Shown here one piece after another: positions 39,375 to 53,366 of a stretch of 64,000 nucleotides of DNA. The notes below the pieces were generated by a model. The model was not told the DNA's origin. It did not search any database and saw nothing but the letters and a program-made list of their open reading frames with translations. Made by a program: the position numbers and the translations under genes. Source of the DNA: Octopus sinensis (taxonomy: Eukaryota); contig NC_042999.1 in NCBI RefSeq assembly GCF_006345805.1, positions 68,820,001-68,884,000 of the forward strand. Reading direction: 5' to 3'. Numbering within the stretch: the stretch's first letter is position 1; every line of letters starts with the position of its first letter.

Positions 39375-39720
39375 ATAGCACCACCTGATAGGATTATCTA
39401 AATCTTTTTAAAGTCAAGTTTTGTTCTTGCTTAAGTGAGTTGTATCCAGTTATGGGTGGCTTGTCTGGTATTCCTTGAAAAAATCTGTCCAGACTCCGTT
39501 TAAAGGTGATAGGATCCTTTTCCTCTTTGTTCTGTTCTGGGACAATTTTAACAGGGCAGGGACTGTTGAGGAAAAGAAATTGTGTCGCAGTGTACCAATA
39601 TGTTGTGATCCTCAATTGGGCAGGGGACGTATGGCCCGTGGTTCCAGCCTTGGATGAACCTTGAAGCTAATGTTCCGGTTGTTTGGGCAATGCTAGCGGT
39701 ATATACTCCACATTGAAATG
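39375..39720 (-). mobile_element. CR1-group LINE 3' fragment
   Basis: Minus frame DPITFKRSLDRFFQGIPDKPPITGY..NSL, homologous to the 63150-64000 C-terminus. Confidence 0.7.
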
Positions 39721-40798
39721 TTATATATATAATATATATATATATATATAGCATACATACATACAAGCATGCATATATATATATATATATATACATACAT
39801 ACATACATATGTATCGACATATACATGTATATATGCATACATACACGTATGGATTACAGTATATTTTTCTGGTCAAAAGCACTGCTTTTCCCTCAATACA
39901 CACATATAAAGGTATATCCTTATGTTCCTTTATCAGGTAAAGGGAAAATACCCCCCATCCCCCATCCTGTGCACACATGCTTACATAAACCTGCATTGAT
40001 CTATGCATACGTACATGGGTTTCAATGCATATGTAATTACATGTACATCATTATCATCCCTCTTAATCATCATCACACGCACCACCACCACCACCACCAC
40101 CGTGGTCATGATGATGATGATGATGATGATGATCATCATCATCATCATGACAATGTATTTTAAAATTGCTTCTCCAAGCATCTATCGTTATCATCGCCAT
40201 CTCCATAAAAATACGCGATGCGTTTGCACTGCTTGCGCGAAGTGCCGCATAACTAAGAACCAATTTAAGTCTCAGACTGCCTCGAGGCGAAATGCATAAA
40301 TATACTAATAAATAAATAAATATATATATAATGAAGGAAAACAAGGAAGGAAAGAAGAAGGTAAGAAACGAAGGAAGAGAATTGAAAATGGGAAAGATGT
40401 TGAATAAAAACATCGAAATAATAGCATTAACGATTAAATGATGAATGTATGTTTGTATGCATGCAAGTATGTTATTTATGTGTATATGATATGTATGCAT
40501 GTATGCATGTTATGTATGTATGTATTTATGAACATATGTATGAATTTATTTAGGCAATCTCTTTCTTTCTCTCCCTCTCTCCCTCTCTTTCTCTCTATAG
40601 AGAGGGAGGGAGAGAGAGAGAGTGAGAAGCAAACAGATAAGGACCAGATAGATAGATGCTTAAAGATACACACAATGCACACGTATATATGTATATATGC
40701 ACATACACACGCATATATATATATACATATATGTATACTCATACGTACTTATACAATACACACACATACATGTACATACATGAATGCGATACTTACAT

Positions 40799-40842
<44 letters not shown>

Positions 40843-40843
40843 A

Positions 40844-40897
<54 letters not shown>

Positions 40898-41142
40898 TTA
40901 TATATATATATACATATTAAAAAACATAAAATGGCGTACAAAGTGTAAATGGCAGAAGGTTTTCTGTTTGTTGTCACCATATTGACCTCGATCACAGCTT
41001 GTCTGCTGCGGGATCAGAACCATTGCCCTTTCAGGGAATACGTTCTGTTTCATTTGCAGTATGCACGCCTCCTTCATCTAAATAGATGCTTAGCCTTTGG
41101 TGTTGTAATTGGCACGGCGATGAGAGCGGCCATTTTTTTACA

Positions 41143-41209
<67 letters not shown>

Positions 41210-41493
41210 TGTGGTAGTGGTGTAGATTCTGGTATTGTGTTCCTGATCATGCTGATTAGCCTGAAGCTAGGCTTGATTCTACTGACCTGCCATTAAAAGC
41301 ATTCCAGCCATGGACTGTCTTTGTACGTACGTACGTATGTATATATGTAGGCATGTATGTATGTATGTATATATGCATGTATGTATGTATGTATGTATGT
41401 ATGTATGTATGTATGTATGTATGTATGTATGTATCTATCTATCTATCTAATTATCTATATATCTGTCTGTCTGTCCGTCTATCTATCTGTCTA

Positions 41494-41562
<69 letters not shown>

Positions 41563-41584
41563 ATGTATTTATTTGTGTGTGCAT

Positions 41585-41619
<35 letters not shown>

Positions 41620-42239
41620 GTGTGTGTGTGTACGTGTATGTGTGTGCTTGTGTGTGTGTGTAAATGAATTCTTTTTTTTTCAACTTATATTGATGAAGGA
41701 GACGCATCAAGAAAATCAATGGTAACGTGGAGGACAAATGATGATGATGATGATGATGATAATGTGATTGTGGCGGCGGTGATATGGATGATAAGGATGA
41801 CGAGGACAATGATGATAAAGATAACGTTTATGAAAATGCTGGTTGTTAGGATGCTGATGTTGATGATGATGTTGATGGTGATAACGATGTTGATGACGAT
41901 GATGATGATGGTGATGATAAAGGATTTCTGATATTAGTAAAAGGTTAGTTTGCAGGTATAAGGATGGTGAACGAAGGGGGCGAGGGTTGTAGTTGAATGA
42001 AGTAACCCCTGTTACTTGACTTGTAATTACTTCATCGAACTGAAGGGTGAAAAGTCCCCGTCAACCCTGATGGGATTTGATCTGAGAATGTAACAAAAAA
42101 AAAAAACCCCAGAAAATAACGAGAGAAAATGAAAAAAGAATTGGATGCTAAAAAATATGATCCCCCAAGGCATGTATCCGTTAAATATATCGTTTCAAGC
42201 AAACACTGCTCTGACGACGACGACGACGATGACGACAAC

Positions 42240-42305
<66 letters not shown>

Positions 42306-42789
42306 GAACAAAATCAAGAACAATAAAAGGATCATTATAATATTTCTGTTTAATTTTGACACAAGGTCAACAAGGTTCTAGGGGAGGGGACAGTCGATTA
42401 CATTGTACTTGACCGGCGCGTTATATTTATTGATGGCGAAGGGATCAACTACAAAGTCGACCTCGACGAAATTCAACCCGAAACGTTAAGCCGGAAAAAA
42501 TGCCCTACTTTTGTTTTAATTCACGAGAGAATTTTAATTCACATCTGACGTGAGGGTTTTTCACATCACAGTTTATTTACTTCTCCTCCTTTTTTTAATA
42601 TGCCGCATCCCACCTAATAAAATTCATAAATGAATTATTAATATTGAAATAGTTAACTCTGCGTTTGTATGTGTGTGTGTGTTGCAGTGTTTTCTTTGTA
42701 TGATAGCATAAAATCATGTAAAGATCTAACTACACTTAACAGTTACTGGAAATGATTAAAAAGAGCGGGTTGGAAGAAACATTGGCGCT

Positions 42790-42970
42790 CAGAATCTATT
42801 GTAAACAAACGAGTCAAAAACCTGTAGAAATTGGGTACAAAAAGATAATCTGGTTTAAACCACCCGGCATCGTAAATTTAGCGTCAAATTTGATGAAAAA
42901 TGTCTTAGTACTGATCTTTAAACATTTTCCACCCGGCCACATGTACCACAATCTATTTAACAATAGATAG
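42790..42970 (+). mobile_element. Penelope-like ORF fragment (RT-GIY-YIG linker)
   Basis: KKIIWFKPPGIVNLASNLMKNVLVLIFKHFPPGHMYHNLFN resembles the PLE motif IIWFNPP...LI.KHFP..H...IFN. Confidence 0.65.
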
Positions 42971-43204
42971 ATAAATCTCTTGAATATTGTCGATAGTGAC
43001 TTGCAAGGCAGTCCAATGATGGCTTAATTGGCTGAAAATTCGGTGTCACTGTCAATAAAATTCTTGTTTAAGAATACTAAATTTGTACAAAAGTATAAAG
43101 TAATCCGTCAGATTATCATAAAATTGTTTTTATTATAAGTGAACATAAAATCAACCATTTACATGCATATATATATACAAACGTACATCCCACTCACTAA
43201 GCAA

Positions 43205-43568
43205 CAGAAGCTATAATCCAAAAAGAAGAACAAGTCAACATCATCAGTAACCACTGAGCCGCAGGTTTTATGTCGGAGTGATCCCAGTTACCTGAGTTAC
43301 CTTCTCCTAGAAGGATGCCCTAACAAAGGCTAGGAGTCTTTCACTCCCAATGGTTTAACCGTGCGATCGGGTATTCAGTCCAATTATTTCTATGTCCCCG
43401 CGCATGATACAGCCTTAACACATTTATCGGATGGCCGTTGACTCTCAAGAGTTCCTCCGCCCTTTGACGGGTTTTGTTTTTCATCCCGCAGAGTGTCCAG
43501 TCCAATAAACACCCTCCTCACCAAGCAAGCTTGGTGGGGTTGCCGGTTTAGTCGCCGACGACCCGATC
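43205..43568 (-). mobile_element. Second copy of the 30082 element
   Basis: Reverse complement of 30085-30460 at high identity. The 5' end abuts (ACAT)n on +. Confidence 0.85.
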
Positions 43569-43609
43569 ATACATACATACATACATACATACATACATAC
43601 ATACATACA

Positions 43610-43646
<37 letters not shown>

Positions 43647-44109
43647 TACATAGATTCTCTAGGCAGTAGCAGGTTGAGAAGCTTGTATTATAACAAGAGA
43701 ATTTTAGGCTCGATCTTAAGTGGATTCATAGGAAGTGTACTCTTACCGCTGATCAACAAAAGCTTTGTGACTGAAATTTGTTGGGTAGAAACTGTAAGGA
43801 AGAGTATTAGTAGAAACGGTCTGTATTTGTTATTCGGTCTCCAGGTTAAATACCATTATCTGATCTTCGACTGTTTTTAACAGAGCTCATTCTGTTAACA
43901 GAATTCTGTTCAGGTCTCAACTCAGAAATATTCAGTTCCTTCTCCCATCAGACTCAGAAGCCCGCCCTGAAGTGTGCTTCCATTTCTCTCCTGTACTTCC
44001 ATTCCTCTTCTGTGTTTCCATTCTTCTTCAATGCTTCCATTCCTCTTCTGTGCTTCCATTCCTCTTCTGAGTAAACGATAAACAATATAAAAAATTGGTG
44101 TAGTATTGG

Positions 44110-44320
44110 CTTCAAATGTTGGCACAAGGACCACAATTTCGGGTCAAGGGCTAAGTAGATTACATCGACTTCAGTGCACTGGTACTTATTTTATCGACCC
44201 TGATAGGGTGAAAGTAAAATCGGCGTGGGCGGAATTTGAACACAGAACATAAGGACGGACGAAATGCCGCTAAGCATTTTTCCTGGCGTGCTAATGATTC
44301 TGCCAGATAAACCGCCTTGA
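44110..44320 (-). mobile_element. SINE-A copy
   Basis: GGCACAAGGACC...GGAATTTGAACACAGAAC...CCGCTAAGCATTT. Confidence 0.85.
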
Positions 44321-45285
44321 AGACTGGTATAATATTGAATTCATCATATAGGTGTAGATCTTAAAGCTATTCTTATCCGTGAAATATATAGGTCTGAATA
44401 GTGGACGGGCCATCTCTGGATACTAACAAATGGTCAGTCTGGTTTCTGATCACTAGATTCAATTACTGCAAGTTCGATTAGCCCGATATTTTTATAGAAT
44501 TTGTCAATTTTTTTGCGTTAATCTTCAAGGAGAGACAGCATCTTGGAGTCGGCATTGATTACAAATGATCCTGCATTCCACCTTAAACCCTTGTCACAAA
44601 GCCAAACAGTCTAAGACTCAAATCATCAAAACGGGTTCGGCAAGAGGTCAAACAATCAGAAGATTCCTCAACGATATGGACATATCCCACACATCAATTC
44701 TGGAAAAGTTTTCATCACATATTCTGAAAAAGAAAAGAAAAAGCAGTGGTGAGATCTTTGGAGGTAAGTGGTATAAACTTTTTGTACCCTAAAGCATAAA
44801 TGGTCATTGCAAAATGCTCTAGAAATCCAAATGCCTGCAGGCAGGCAAGACATGATTAACTTCTATATTGCGACAAATGGGTTGAAATAACCTTCCCCAC
44901 TCACGATATATTGCATGGTGCCGTGTCTGTTTAGTTAGCTTGTGTTATACAGTCAAGTCACGCAGTATGGGCTTCTGGAAATATCTGCGTTTTCCGAATA
45001 TTTCTGCTCTAACATTTAAACAGCGTCAAGAATATGTAGGTTTTTGAGAGTGTGGATTTTTTTTTCTGCTGTGCAAAGATCACATCTCACTTTACATATA
45101 ATGCCGTGCAGAAAATTTCTTTTTCAAATATTTACACTTGTAAAAATGACAATAACTAAACAGGCATAATATATGGGCAATAACCATAAAAACCTTAAAA
45201 TATAATCAATAACTTGCATATTTGCATTGTTTATTTCACTTAAAGCTACACTGAGTATTATATTTTTTTATATTCGTAAACAAAC

Positions 45286-45420
<135 letters not shown>

Positions 45421-46225
45421 CATATATGTATGTATGCATCTGAATGTATGTATATATGTACATGATAGCGGTGCTGTCAAAGCCATTCACCTGATGACGT
45501 GCAAGCATACAGCTGCTGGTGGATCATATTTATTTATGCAATTATTTATATTATATTTTATGAAGTAGTACAATATGGAAAACTCAGTAACTAACAGCTG
45601 TTACGATTGCGCAGAAACAATTGTTTTGTGATTATAGCGTGTTGATTCCATCTTCTTTAAAAAGAAATTGTATATGCATACACACACACAACCCACACAC
45701 ACACACACACACATACACATATATATATATAGAGGGAGATGTATGCGTGTATGAATGTATGTGTGTATACATGTGTGTGTATGCAGGCAATTATGTATGT
45801 AAGTATGTCTGTATATATATATATGTATGTGTATATGTGTGAATGTGTTTATATATGTGGGTATTTAACGATGATGTTGGATGTTATGGAGCTCTTTTCA
45901 GTACGGTTCACATTTTCGCGTTACAGATTACGAATTAATCGTACCTTCTCAGTGTAAATGCGAATGTGTAAGTGTATGTGTATTTGCATATGTGTCTGTG
46001 TGTGTGTGTGTGTGTATGTATGTATGCGCGTTTGAGAGCATTAGTAAATAAACATTCGGAGCATTAGAATAAATTCAGCCATTCTCTTCAGCAACTTTTT
46101 TCTTCCTTTTCTCACCCCCAACCCTGAAATGATGTCAGCATTCCATTTGTGTTCGACTTTTCTATTGACGACAGAATTTATATAATGTAGTGAGCAAAAC
46201 AATGACAACGAGAGTAAATGGGAGA

Positions 46226-46256
<31 letters not shown>

Positions 46257-46495
46257 GGTGATATATATTTACATATGTATGTATGTGTGTATGCATGTGT
46301 ATGTGTGTGTGTGCGCGCGCGCACGAGTGTGTGTTTGAGTATAGAGAGGGAAGTTTTGAAACGAATGAGAGGGAGCAACCGCAGTGCGGCGGACAAAGAC
46401 ACAGGGAATAAGCAAGGTAAGCATTACAAATAATGATCGCCATCTTAATATTTCTAAAGTACTTTCAGTGCTTCCAACAACAACACCAACAACGC

Positions 46496-46545
<50 letters not shown>

Positions 46546-46557
46546 TGATGATGATGC

Positions 46558-46611
<54 letters not shown>

Positions 46612-46859
46612 TGATGATAATGATGATGATGATGATGATGGTAATAATGAGCACATGGAAAGAAGTGTTTCCATTTACAGTTCTGCTATTCATCACGCAT
46701 GCGCACATTAGCGGTTTTCTGTTTCGTATTTGGAAATATATTTTTTTGTTCTTTTGGTATCACACTGGGATTAGTTTCGTTTCATTTCACTCTTCCATTT
46801 TGTTTTTTCATTATAACACTTCATTCTTTATTTTAAAGACCTCTTTTCGGTGATCAGCT

Positions 46860-46876
46860 TCTCTGCGCCCTATCTG

Positions 46877-46970
<94 letters not shown>

Positions 46971-47218
46971 GCCATGATAGATCGTTAGCCACTACACATA
47001 TCTTTTCTCTCCTTGTTTCTCTCCTTCTTTTCTCTCCTTTTCTCTCTCCGTTTTCCTCTCTTTGCTTCTCTCCTTGTTTTTTTCTGAGTCCCTTTCTGCA
47101 GAAGAGCGTAGGCTCGAAAAGTAAAAGACTTTTTCTATTCCTGAGCGTTATACTAATACATCTGTTTGTTTTGTACACCACCTGTCTTCGTCTTTTGTTT
47201 TTTTTTCGTAAACTCTCC

Positions 47219-47282
<64 letters not shown>

Positions 47283-47937
47283 GTCTGTCTGTCTGTCAGC
47301 TTTTCCCGTTCTGTTTTCATTTTTCGCCTTTCTTTCTCTTTTTCCTTCTATTTGTACATTTTTTCGTCATCGTTCTACATTTCTTCCCTGTTTATCCGTT
47401 TTACATTCTTTTTCTCTCTTCTTCCTCTTCCTCGACTTCTTCCAATTTCTTTTCCTTAATTTGCCCTGTCATGTTTCCCCCTTCTGTCTCTTCTTCCATC
47501 CTTTTTTGCTTTCGTTTTTTTTTTCATTTCCATTCCTTCTTTTTCTTTTGTCCTCGCTTCTTTTATTCTTTTCCTTTCTTTTTCCTATTTCTTTCTTTCT
47601 TTCTTTCTTTCTGTTTTCTGTCATTCTTTCTTTTTCTTTCTTCCTGTTTTCTTTCTTTTTCTTATCTTTCTTATACCTTTCTTTCTTTTTTACTTCCATT
47701 CTGTTTTCCTTCTTTTTTCTTCGTTCCTCTGTTTCTTCCTTGTGTTCTTTCGTTTTTCTTTCTTTTTTCTGTATCGCTTTATTTCTTTCTTTCTTCAATC
47801 ATTCTTTATTCTTCAATCATTCTTTTTTCTTCAATCTTCTGCTAGTTTCGTTGCCATTTCCTTCACGTTGTTCATAACAAAGGTTATTTTGCCATTATTG
47901 CTCTTCTTCTTCTTCTTCTTCTTCTTCTTCTTCTTCT

Positions 47938-47972
<35 letters not shown>

Positions 47973-48136
47973 TTCCGCTTCTTGCTCCTCCTCCGTTTCT
48001 TGCTCTTCTACTCCACCTCTTCCTCCTTTTCCTCCTCTTCTTTCTCTTTCCCTCCTCCGTTCCCCGTCATCGTCGTCGTCGTCATTGTTTCCTCCTCCAC
48101 CTCCTCCACCTCCTCTACCCCCTCCTCCTCCTCTTC

Positions 48137-48178
<42 letters not shown>

Positions 48179-48340
48179 TTACCTTCCCTATTCACTTTTG
48201 ATTATCCTCTTCCTCCGTCTCCTCTCTTCCTTCCTCTGCTTTCACACAATCCCTCTTCTTCCCATTCTCCTTCTCCTCCTCCCTCCTCCTCCTCTCCATC
48301 ATCATCATTAACATAGTCTTCATCGAAATTTGTGCAAATA
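46860..48340. repeat. (CTAT)n, T/C-rich, (CTT)n and (CTA)n low-complexity tract
   Basis: Directly visible. It explains ORFs 46850-48311. Confidence 0.9.
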
Positions 48341-49553
48341 ACAATTGTTATGGTGGAGCTGGGGTAGCATCGGCGGTGGTGATGGTAGTGATGGTGGTGG
48401 TAGTGATGGTAGTAGTCGTCACTGTTGTTGTTGTTGTTGTTGCTGCTGTTGCTGTTTTTGTTGTTGTTGCTGCTGTTTGGTCATTCCATTCTTTAATAAA
48501 CTACTCAATTCATACAACTTAGAATATTTTGACGAAATTCCAGAAACATTCCCTGACCGAATAAAGGAGAATAAGAGGACAAAGAAGAAGGAGAGAGAAC
48601 AAAGCACTGAAAGTGACATAAGAAAGACAATGAGTGAGAGAGAGAGAGAGAGAGAGAGAAAGAGGGAGGGAGTGGTAGAGGGAGAGAGAGAGAGAGAGAG
48701 AGATAAAGAGAGAAAGAGGGGTGAGAGCGACAGAGAATAAAAAGAGAGAAAGAGAGAGATGGAGAGAAAGGGAGGGAGAGGGAGAGCAGGCAAAAGACAG
48801 CCACTTATATAATGTATATGTATGTATATGTGGGTATATATATATGTGTATGTATATATATATATATAAATATGTATATATGTGTGTGTGTGTGTATGTG
48901 TGTATACGTATGAATAATATGTACACATATATATATAATACATCTGTATATATAGATTGATAGATATATACATATATATACATGTATGTATTCATCAATA
49001 TCCGTGTATTTTGATACATATATATACATAATTATATATGTGTGTGTGTGTGAATGCGTGTGTGTGTGTGTTGTATATGCATGTACACATATATATGTCT
49101 TTGTGTATGTGTACACCCAGAAGCACATACACACACGCAAGCGTACACGCACACACATACACAGACACACAGATACACAGTCACATACACACAAACACTC
49201 TCACACACACAGTCTCTCTCGTGTACAATAGGGAAGATGAGGTTTGCTAAAATGCCATAGGAAAGAAAAGCAAAGGTCTTTTCTTCAAATCATTAGATTT
49301 GCTTTAGTAACTTTGAATAAAAAAATGGACAGTGTAAACAGATTTTCTGACATACACACCACTAATGGTGTTAGCGTTGTTGTTGTTGCTGTTGCTGTTG
49401 TTCTTATCGGTGGTGATATTATAATTAATAGCAGCAGAGTGAAGACTGTCTGTATGCATGTGTGTGTGTGTGTGTGCGTATGTGTTTGTTTGTGTCAGTG
49501 TTATACGAATTGTGAACATATATCGTAGTGTATATGCATAAACATTATAGTAC

Positions 49554-49736
49554 CTTTCATTGTGTCAGGAGGAGACACATCCACGTTGCTGGTCTCTTCC
49601 ACTTTAAGCCCCCAGACTAAAGCCGAAAGGGTTGTTGAATGTATCCTATCATGGTGCCTAAATATCGACATCAAATGGAAAATTGTCTCCAAAGCCAGAC
49701 CCTGTGTTAACGGGTCCAAAAGACGCTCAGTATGTT
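49554..49736 (-). CDS. Possible isolated internal coding exon (183 nt, phase 1-1), product unknown
   Basis: Open frame HTERLLDPLTQGLALETIFHLMSIFRHHDRIHSTTLSALVWGLKVEETSNVDVSPPDTMK between TTTTTAAAGAG| and AAG|GTACTA. No recognisable domain. Confidence 0.2.
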
Positions 49737-50200
49737 CTCTTTAAAAAGTTATATCTCTTAAAGAACTCGAGAGCTGCCAACGAGTACATAAATTCCAGGA
49801 ACGAGAATTTTGTTATATGTCTATACTTCAATAAATACATCTTAACAGAATTTGAGAATAGATCACTAGACATAATAAATCATTAATATATTGCTTACAT
49901 CTTCTTGACATTGGTTGATTGTAACGTTGGTAGGTGTTTTTGTCTTCTTCATCAGTGTCCCTTGTTTAAACATCATCTGCTCAAAAGACACATGACAAAC
50001 AATAGTGAAAAAATGGCGAAATAAATTAATGTTTCAACCAGGAAACACAGGCTAGCTGTATTTAACTGGACTTGTGGTTTTTGTTATAATATTACCTTTA
50101 CCGTCTTAGCTGACCGAGTGCTATTCCACTTGTTGAAGAATTACCACATAATATATATATATATATTATATATATATATATATAATATAATATATATATA

Positions 50201-50545
50201 TATAAAAGGAAATGAAGAAAATGCTGACAAAATAATTTAAGTAAGGGAGAGTGTATTTAATTAGGTGAAAGTTCTTTTTACCGGTTGCGCATTTGTTATG
50301 CTTATCAAAAGATATTTTTTTAAGAGAGATAGAGTTCCTTTCTGATAGATTTTTTCTCTTATAAAAGAAAAAATCTATCAGAAAGAAACTCTATCTCTCT
50401 TTAAAAAATATCTTTTGATAAGCATAACAAATGCGCAACCGGTAAAAAGAACTTTCATCTAATTAAATACACTCTCCCTTACTTAAATTATTTTGTCAGC
50501 ATTTTCTTCATTTCCTTTTTTTATATATCACAACTCGTGTTCCAC
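50201..50545. mobile_element. Spacer-less palindrome (arms of about 160 bp) of a PLE pseudo-LTR end with U3-A8 hammerhead-like motif in each arm
   Basis: Centre at 50361/50362 with few mismatches. TTGATAA-GCAT(AACAA)ATGC-GCAA-CCGG-TA at 50415-50444. A right extension CAACTCGTGTTCC matches that at 24603. Confidence 0.8.
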
Positions 50546-50555
50546 ACTCCTTTTT

Positions 50556-50597
<42 letters not shown>

Positions 50598-50617
50598 ATA
50601 TATATAGATATATATAT

Positions 50618-50682
<65 letters not shown>

Positions 50683-50893
50683 AACAGTTTGATTCAAAAT
50701 CCTTGATTTTGAAGCACGTGGCTAGTCGTTAGCCATTGGAGTTTGAATGACCGAAAACTAGCATCACGCTTGAAACTCGGAGTACCAAGGATTCTGACTG
50801 AAACTGTTTTAATCTATATATGTAACTCCTAATAAATGTGTTGAGTGACCTTCTGTCGTTTGTCTATTCACTCTTGTGTATATGTGTGTGTAT

Positions 50894-50935
<42 letters not shown>

Positions 50936-51344
50936 CGGATCATAAATCGTACGTCCCACACAAGGTAGCTTACCGGTAAAGTACGTTCAGTTTCACAATG
51001 TTTGTTGGGTCTTTGATCAGTGAGAGATGGAGGATGGAAGCTACGAAAACGTTTATTGTTTCGACCGATCAGCATCCCACCCGATGCTAGATCGGTCGAA
51101 ACAATTGTAGCGATCAACAAACATCTTCGTATCTTCTATCATCTGTCTCTCCCATTAATCATATATGTGTGTTTGTGTGTGCGTGCGTGTGTGCCTGTGT
51201 GCGTGTGCATGTATGCGCGCGCGAGTGTGTGACGGGGTAGAGTTTCCGTCTACCAAATGCACTCAGAAGGCTTTGGTCGGTTCGAGGCTATAGTAGAAGA
51301 CATTTCCCCAAAGTGACACGCAGTGGGAATGAACCTGGAACAAT

Positions 51345-52600
51345 GTGATTACCTAGCAGCGCAGACAGGCCTGCGCATGTCGATGATTTGGTCGCTTCTT
51401 TTTATCTGGCTGTCGACTGAATCAATTATAAAAATTGACCCACCGGGAGTTCTAACGAACGAAGGTAAGGGATCTTTTCCTTTTGAACGGCAGATGTCAA
51501 CACAATTTCTAGTTAACTAAACACTTTTAAACTTCGTATACTGGTAGAATGTGTTTATAAAACATCATTTTTTCTTTATTGAGAAAATTCTATATGTTGT
51601 AACATATTTCCACTTTAAAATCGAGCATTTCAGCAATTTTAACCAATCGGTCACCTCCATTTGGGGTTAAAAAGATTCCGTGCTGTATGAATATGTCCCT
51701 TGTTTAAGAAACAGATTGGGCTTATTTACATTTGCGAAGAAAAAAGATACCTTTCCCCCACCCCTAGCCCTAACCCCAACCCTAATCCTAAAATAGATTG
51801 AAATGCAATAGATCGATACTAGAGTCATAATTTTGGGTGTCAATTTCATACGACACCGCTACGGAAAATGGGATTTTTTTCTAGCGGTGTCAAATGAAAA
51901 TGTCACCCATAATTATAACCCTAGTATCGATCTATTGCATTTCAATCTATTTTAGGATTAGGGTTAGGGTTAGGGTTAGGGGTTATGGTTAGTGTTAGGG
52001 TTAGGGGTGGGGGAAGGGTATCTTTTTTCTTCGCAAATGTAAATAAACCCAATCTGTTTCTTAAACAAGGGACATATTCATACAGCACGGAATCTTTTCA
52101 CCCCAAATGGAGGTGAGCGATTGGTTAAAATTGCCGAAATGCTCGAAATTTCAGACGAAATATCTTACAAACTATAGAATTTTCTCAATAAAGCCAAGAA
52201 AAAATAATGTTTTATAAACACATTCTACCAGTATACGAAGTTTAAAAGTGTTTAGTTAACTAGAAATTGTGTTGACATCTGCCGTTCAAAAGGAAAAGAT
52301 CCAAGGTAAGAATTGTTTTCTCACGGTTGTAGGAATAGCAAAAGAGGCAGTATGGAAGACTAGGATAAAAGGAATTAAGACAGGCAACTTTATCTCTGCC
52401 ACAACTTACGATCATTTTTTTTCTTTTCACTTGAAAAGGAAGCTGTGGCTGGAGAAGAGGTGTCTGTCGGAGTGTACGTTCCAAAAGAGATGGAAGCATG
52501 TTGCACGAGTGTTGTGCGTGCAAGGAACCGTGTGAATAGACGGAAAAAAAGAAAAGAAAAGGTACCAGCGGTAGATCGGGGCTTGTGGGGTCGGAACGTG
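51345..52600 (+). mobile_element. L1/Tx1-like LINE 3' fragment interrupted by the foldback element
   Basis: Removing 51470-52310 restores ESIIKIDPPGVLTNEGK|NCFLTVVGIAKEAVWKTR...FHLKRKLWLEKRCLSECTFQKRW, resembling L1/Tx1 ORF2 C-termini. Confidence 0.65.
51470..52302. mobile_element. 833-bp fully palindromic (foldback) MITE with internal telomeric repeats, Merlin-like
   Basis: Termini GGATCTTTTCC...GGAAAAGATCC. The 8-bp TSD AAGGTAAG lies at 51462-51469 and 52303-52310. Arms of about 390 bp surround a 20-bp spacer, with (CCCTAA)-like repeats in the left arm and (TTAGGG)n in the right. Confidence 0.85.
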
Positions 52601-53366
52601 ACCTGATCATCGCTTCATTTGTATTGTTTGTGTATTGTTAATTCCATTCGATTTTTTATATATTGTATTTAAATTTTTAAAGTCACATTACATGTAAAAT
52701 CATATCGCTTCACTGATCCTATAAGTTGTTCTGTCCATTTCTATGTTTGGCCCCCCAGTGGGCAATAAAGAAATTGGTATTTCGTTCGTCTTTACGTTCT
52801 GAGTTCAAATTCCACCGAGGTTAACTTTGATTTCCCGTCCTTCCCGTTGTTTAGCCCTAGGCCACTTATGGTCGAAAAAACCCATTATCAAGAATTTTCC
52901 AGTTTCTCTACATATTAATGACTACATTGTCCCATGTGTCTTCCAGGAAAAGTGTATGATGAGGAAAATTTGACTCCTTTTTTTAACAGGCCCAATTTAC
53001 ACCAGAAGTTCCCAGCGTGGGATTTACGACTCCCAGGGGGTCACTGGGTATGTTGAAGCGGGGTTTAGGCTTTAGGTGATGTAACATAATTAATAGTAAA
53101 TTTTGCCTGTAGTTGTAATTACATTGAACCTGATAAAAACTAGCAATGTTTATAAAAATATAATGAGATCGCATCAGACAGAGGGAAGTTATGACCTTGT
53201 AATGTATAAAGTAAATTGACAGCTTTTGACTTTATTCGTTTTATATAATTTTACTTTTAAAATCTTATATAATCCATTTTAAAGTAGGATTTATAAAATC
53301 ACTATGCATGTGAAGTTAGTTTAGTCGCGATATCATAGGCGCAGGAGTGGTAAGTAGCTTACTTAA

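Noticed and set aside
43935-44070. Short direct repeats (TTCCATTCCTCTTCTG) considered as a CRISPR-like array
   Set aside because: The context is eukaryotic, there are no unique spacers of regular length, and there are no cas genes. It is an ordinary minisatellite.
49640-49720. Minus-frame GDNFPFDVDI resembling the Cys-loop FPFD motif
   Set aside because: The flanking cysteines are absent, and the frame has stops on both sides.
51755-52010. TTAGGG arrays as a true telomere or chromosome-fusion scar
   Set aside because: They are short, degenerate, and symmetrically embedded in the arms of a TSD-flanked element that is present twice.
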